In this document: positions 62,890-64,000 of the stretch, in pieces
Numbering within the stretch: position 1 is the first letter of the stretch
Layout of the letters: every line of letters starts with the position of its first letter
NCBI GenBank assembly: GCA_964016885.1
Contig: OZ024744.1
Location: 29,202,001 to 29,266,000, forward strand
Length of the DNA stretch: 64,000 nucleotides
Direction: 5' to 3'
Source: Eledone cirrhosa
Taxonomy: Eukaryota
Notes under the pieces: generated by a model
Told to the model about the DNA's origin: nothing
Databases searched by the model: none
What the model saw: the letters and a program-made list of their open reading frames with translations, nothing else
Made by a program: the position numbers and the translations under genes

Positions 62890-63660
62890 CCCTACATGTC
62901 GGCTCTTGTGGCTAATAAATGAAATCAGCACGACGGAGAGATCCTGGGCATCGAAGATCAGCTGTTTGCTCTCTTCCGGAGAACTTTCAGCCCAGGGCCT
63001 ATGGATAACTTCCAAAAATCCCTGGCCTGGCAGAGCTACCGGGGAGCGTTGCCGGTTCGAGATAAGCTCTACAGGCACGGAAGTCCTGTCAGCCGAGCCT
63101 GTCCGAGATGCGCGCAGAGCGACGAAACCGTCATGCACGCACTCGTTCAGTGTCCGACATTGCTGAATTGTGGAGCTATGTCGAACAGTTGCTCTCACGT
63201 GTGGGACTGATCCAGTTATCGACTGAGTCCATTGTGCAGATGGTCTCGCCGGCTTCCTTCGAGGAGGACGGGCAGGAAGTTTTCATCTGCCTGGTGGCCA
63301 TTGCGAAAGAGATTGTGTGGTGGACAAGGTTGAAAGGGTTAAAGACAGACACTTTCCTCTTCAGCGAATCCCTAATTAACTTTTTCAAGTTTCACTTGAA
63401 GAGGAAAATCAGGGTGGAGAGGCAAGTGCTGCTTTCTAGCAAGTTTGTTGAAAGGTGGGTGAATGTAGCGAGAATGGTCCGAGTGAACGGGACCGCTCTA
63501 AATATACGCCTGTAGTTTGAGAAATGGAAAAATTGAGAGAGGGCGCTTGCCATGGTGGTCAGGATGGCCGTGGTCTTTTGTGTGGTTTTCGCGACGAGTA
63601 ACCCTCGGAGGTTTCCCTCCTATTGGGGAATTTTTTATTGTTTCAATTTTCATTTTTATT
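62890..63660 (+). mobile_element. Solo family-C Tx1 terminus (62890-62927) joined to a 5'-truncated Tx1 copy G
   Basis: ccctacatgtcggctcttgtggctaataaatgaaatca matches 43025-43062. Then MDNFQKSLAWQ...ALNIRL* and a partial 3' UTR. Confidence 0.85.
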
Positions 63661-63720
63661 GTTTATATATATATATATGTTTCTATGTCTCTTTCTTCTT
63701 TTCTTGTCGATGACGAACCA

Positions 63721-64000
63721 TAAGTTACCCACCTAGGTCCCAAGAGGGGGAGACTTCTCAATATTCGGGCTTTAAGCCCGAATATTCAGATTTATTTTTT
63801 AAAACTTCGAAAATATCCCCCCCCCCCTCCGCCTAAAAAAAGAGAAATTTTCGACCTTAAACGGTAAACAACGTTCAGGTAAAAAGTTAAAAAACAACCA
63901 CTATAGATCTCACCACAACTACTACTACTACCACAGACATGTCTGCCGACCATTCCACTGAATGTGAAGGCAAATCACAAGGGTTACCATCACAACCGCT
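63721..64000 (+). mobile_element. 5' end of another family-C Tx1 element (H), runs off the window
   Basis: Matches 37676-37935, including the aatattcgggct/agcccgaatatt hairpin and the ORF1 start acagacATG. Confidence 0.88.

Overview
This window is eukaryotic and repeat-dense, and I found no host gene in it. It is most likely cephalopod (Octopus-like), inferred from the tRNA-derived SINE and the repeat content. 1-11 kb: microsatellites, SINEs, a mariner derivative, Helitron-like units, and Penelope-type non-autonomous elements carrying type I hammerhead ribozyme motifs (384-434 +, 9565-9641 -, 9730-9792 -). 11.1-21.5 kb: a 40-bp satellite with a 1132-bp higher-order duplication, between a CRE-like LINE end and a 5'-truncated Penelope RT/GIY-YIG ORF. 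24-27 kb: fold-back elements and a degenerate hammerhead. 27-64 kb: a head-to-tail array of Tx1/L1-clade retrotransposons from at least 3 families, all on +. One copy has an intact 1139-aa ORF2. The array also holds one RTE LINE and one nested hAT/pogo-like/piggyBac insert. Main signal: every uninterrupted end of a long Tx1 copy reads Tx1-(ATT)n-SINE-(ATT)n-next element, and the SINE 3' end resembles the Tx1 3' end. This suggests a self-extending, (ATT)n-targeted LINE/SINE partner array. Tx1 copies also keep a GGTAAGT donor-like motif about 40 nt before ORF2 and a 5'-UTR hairpin with compensatory changes. Family assignments come from motif recognition by eye; no database searches were run.
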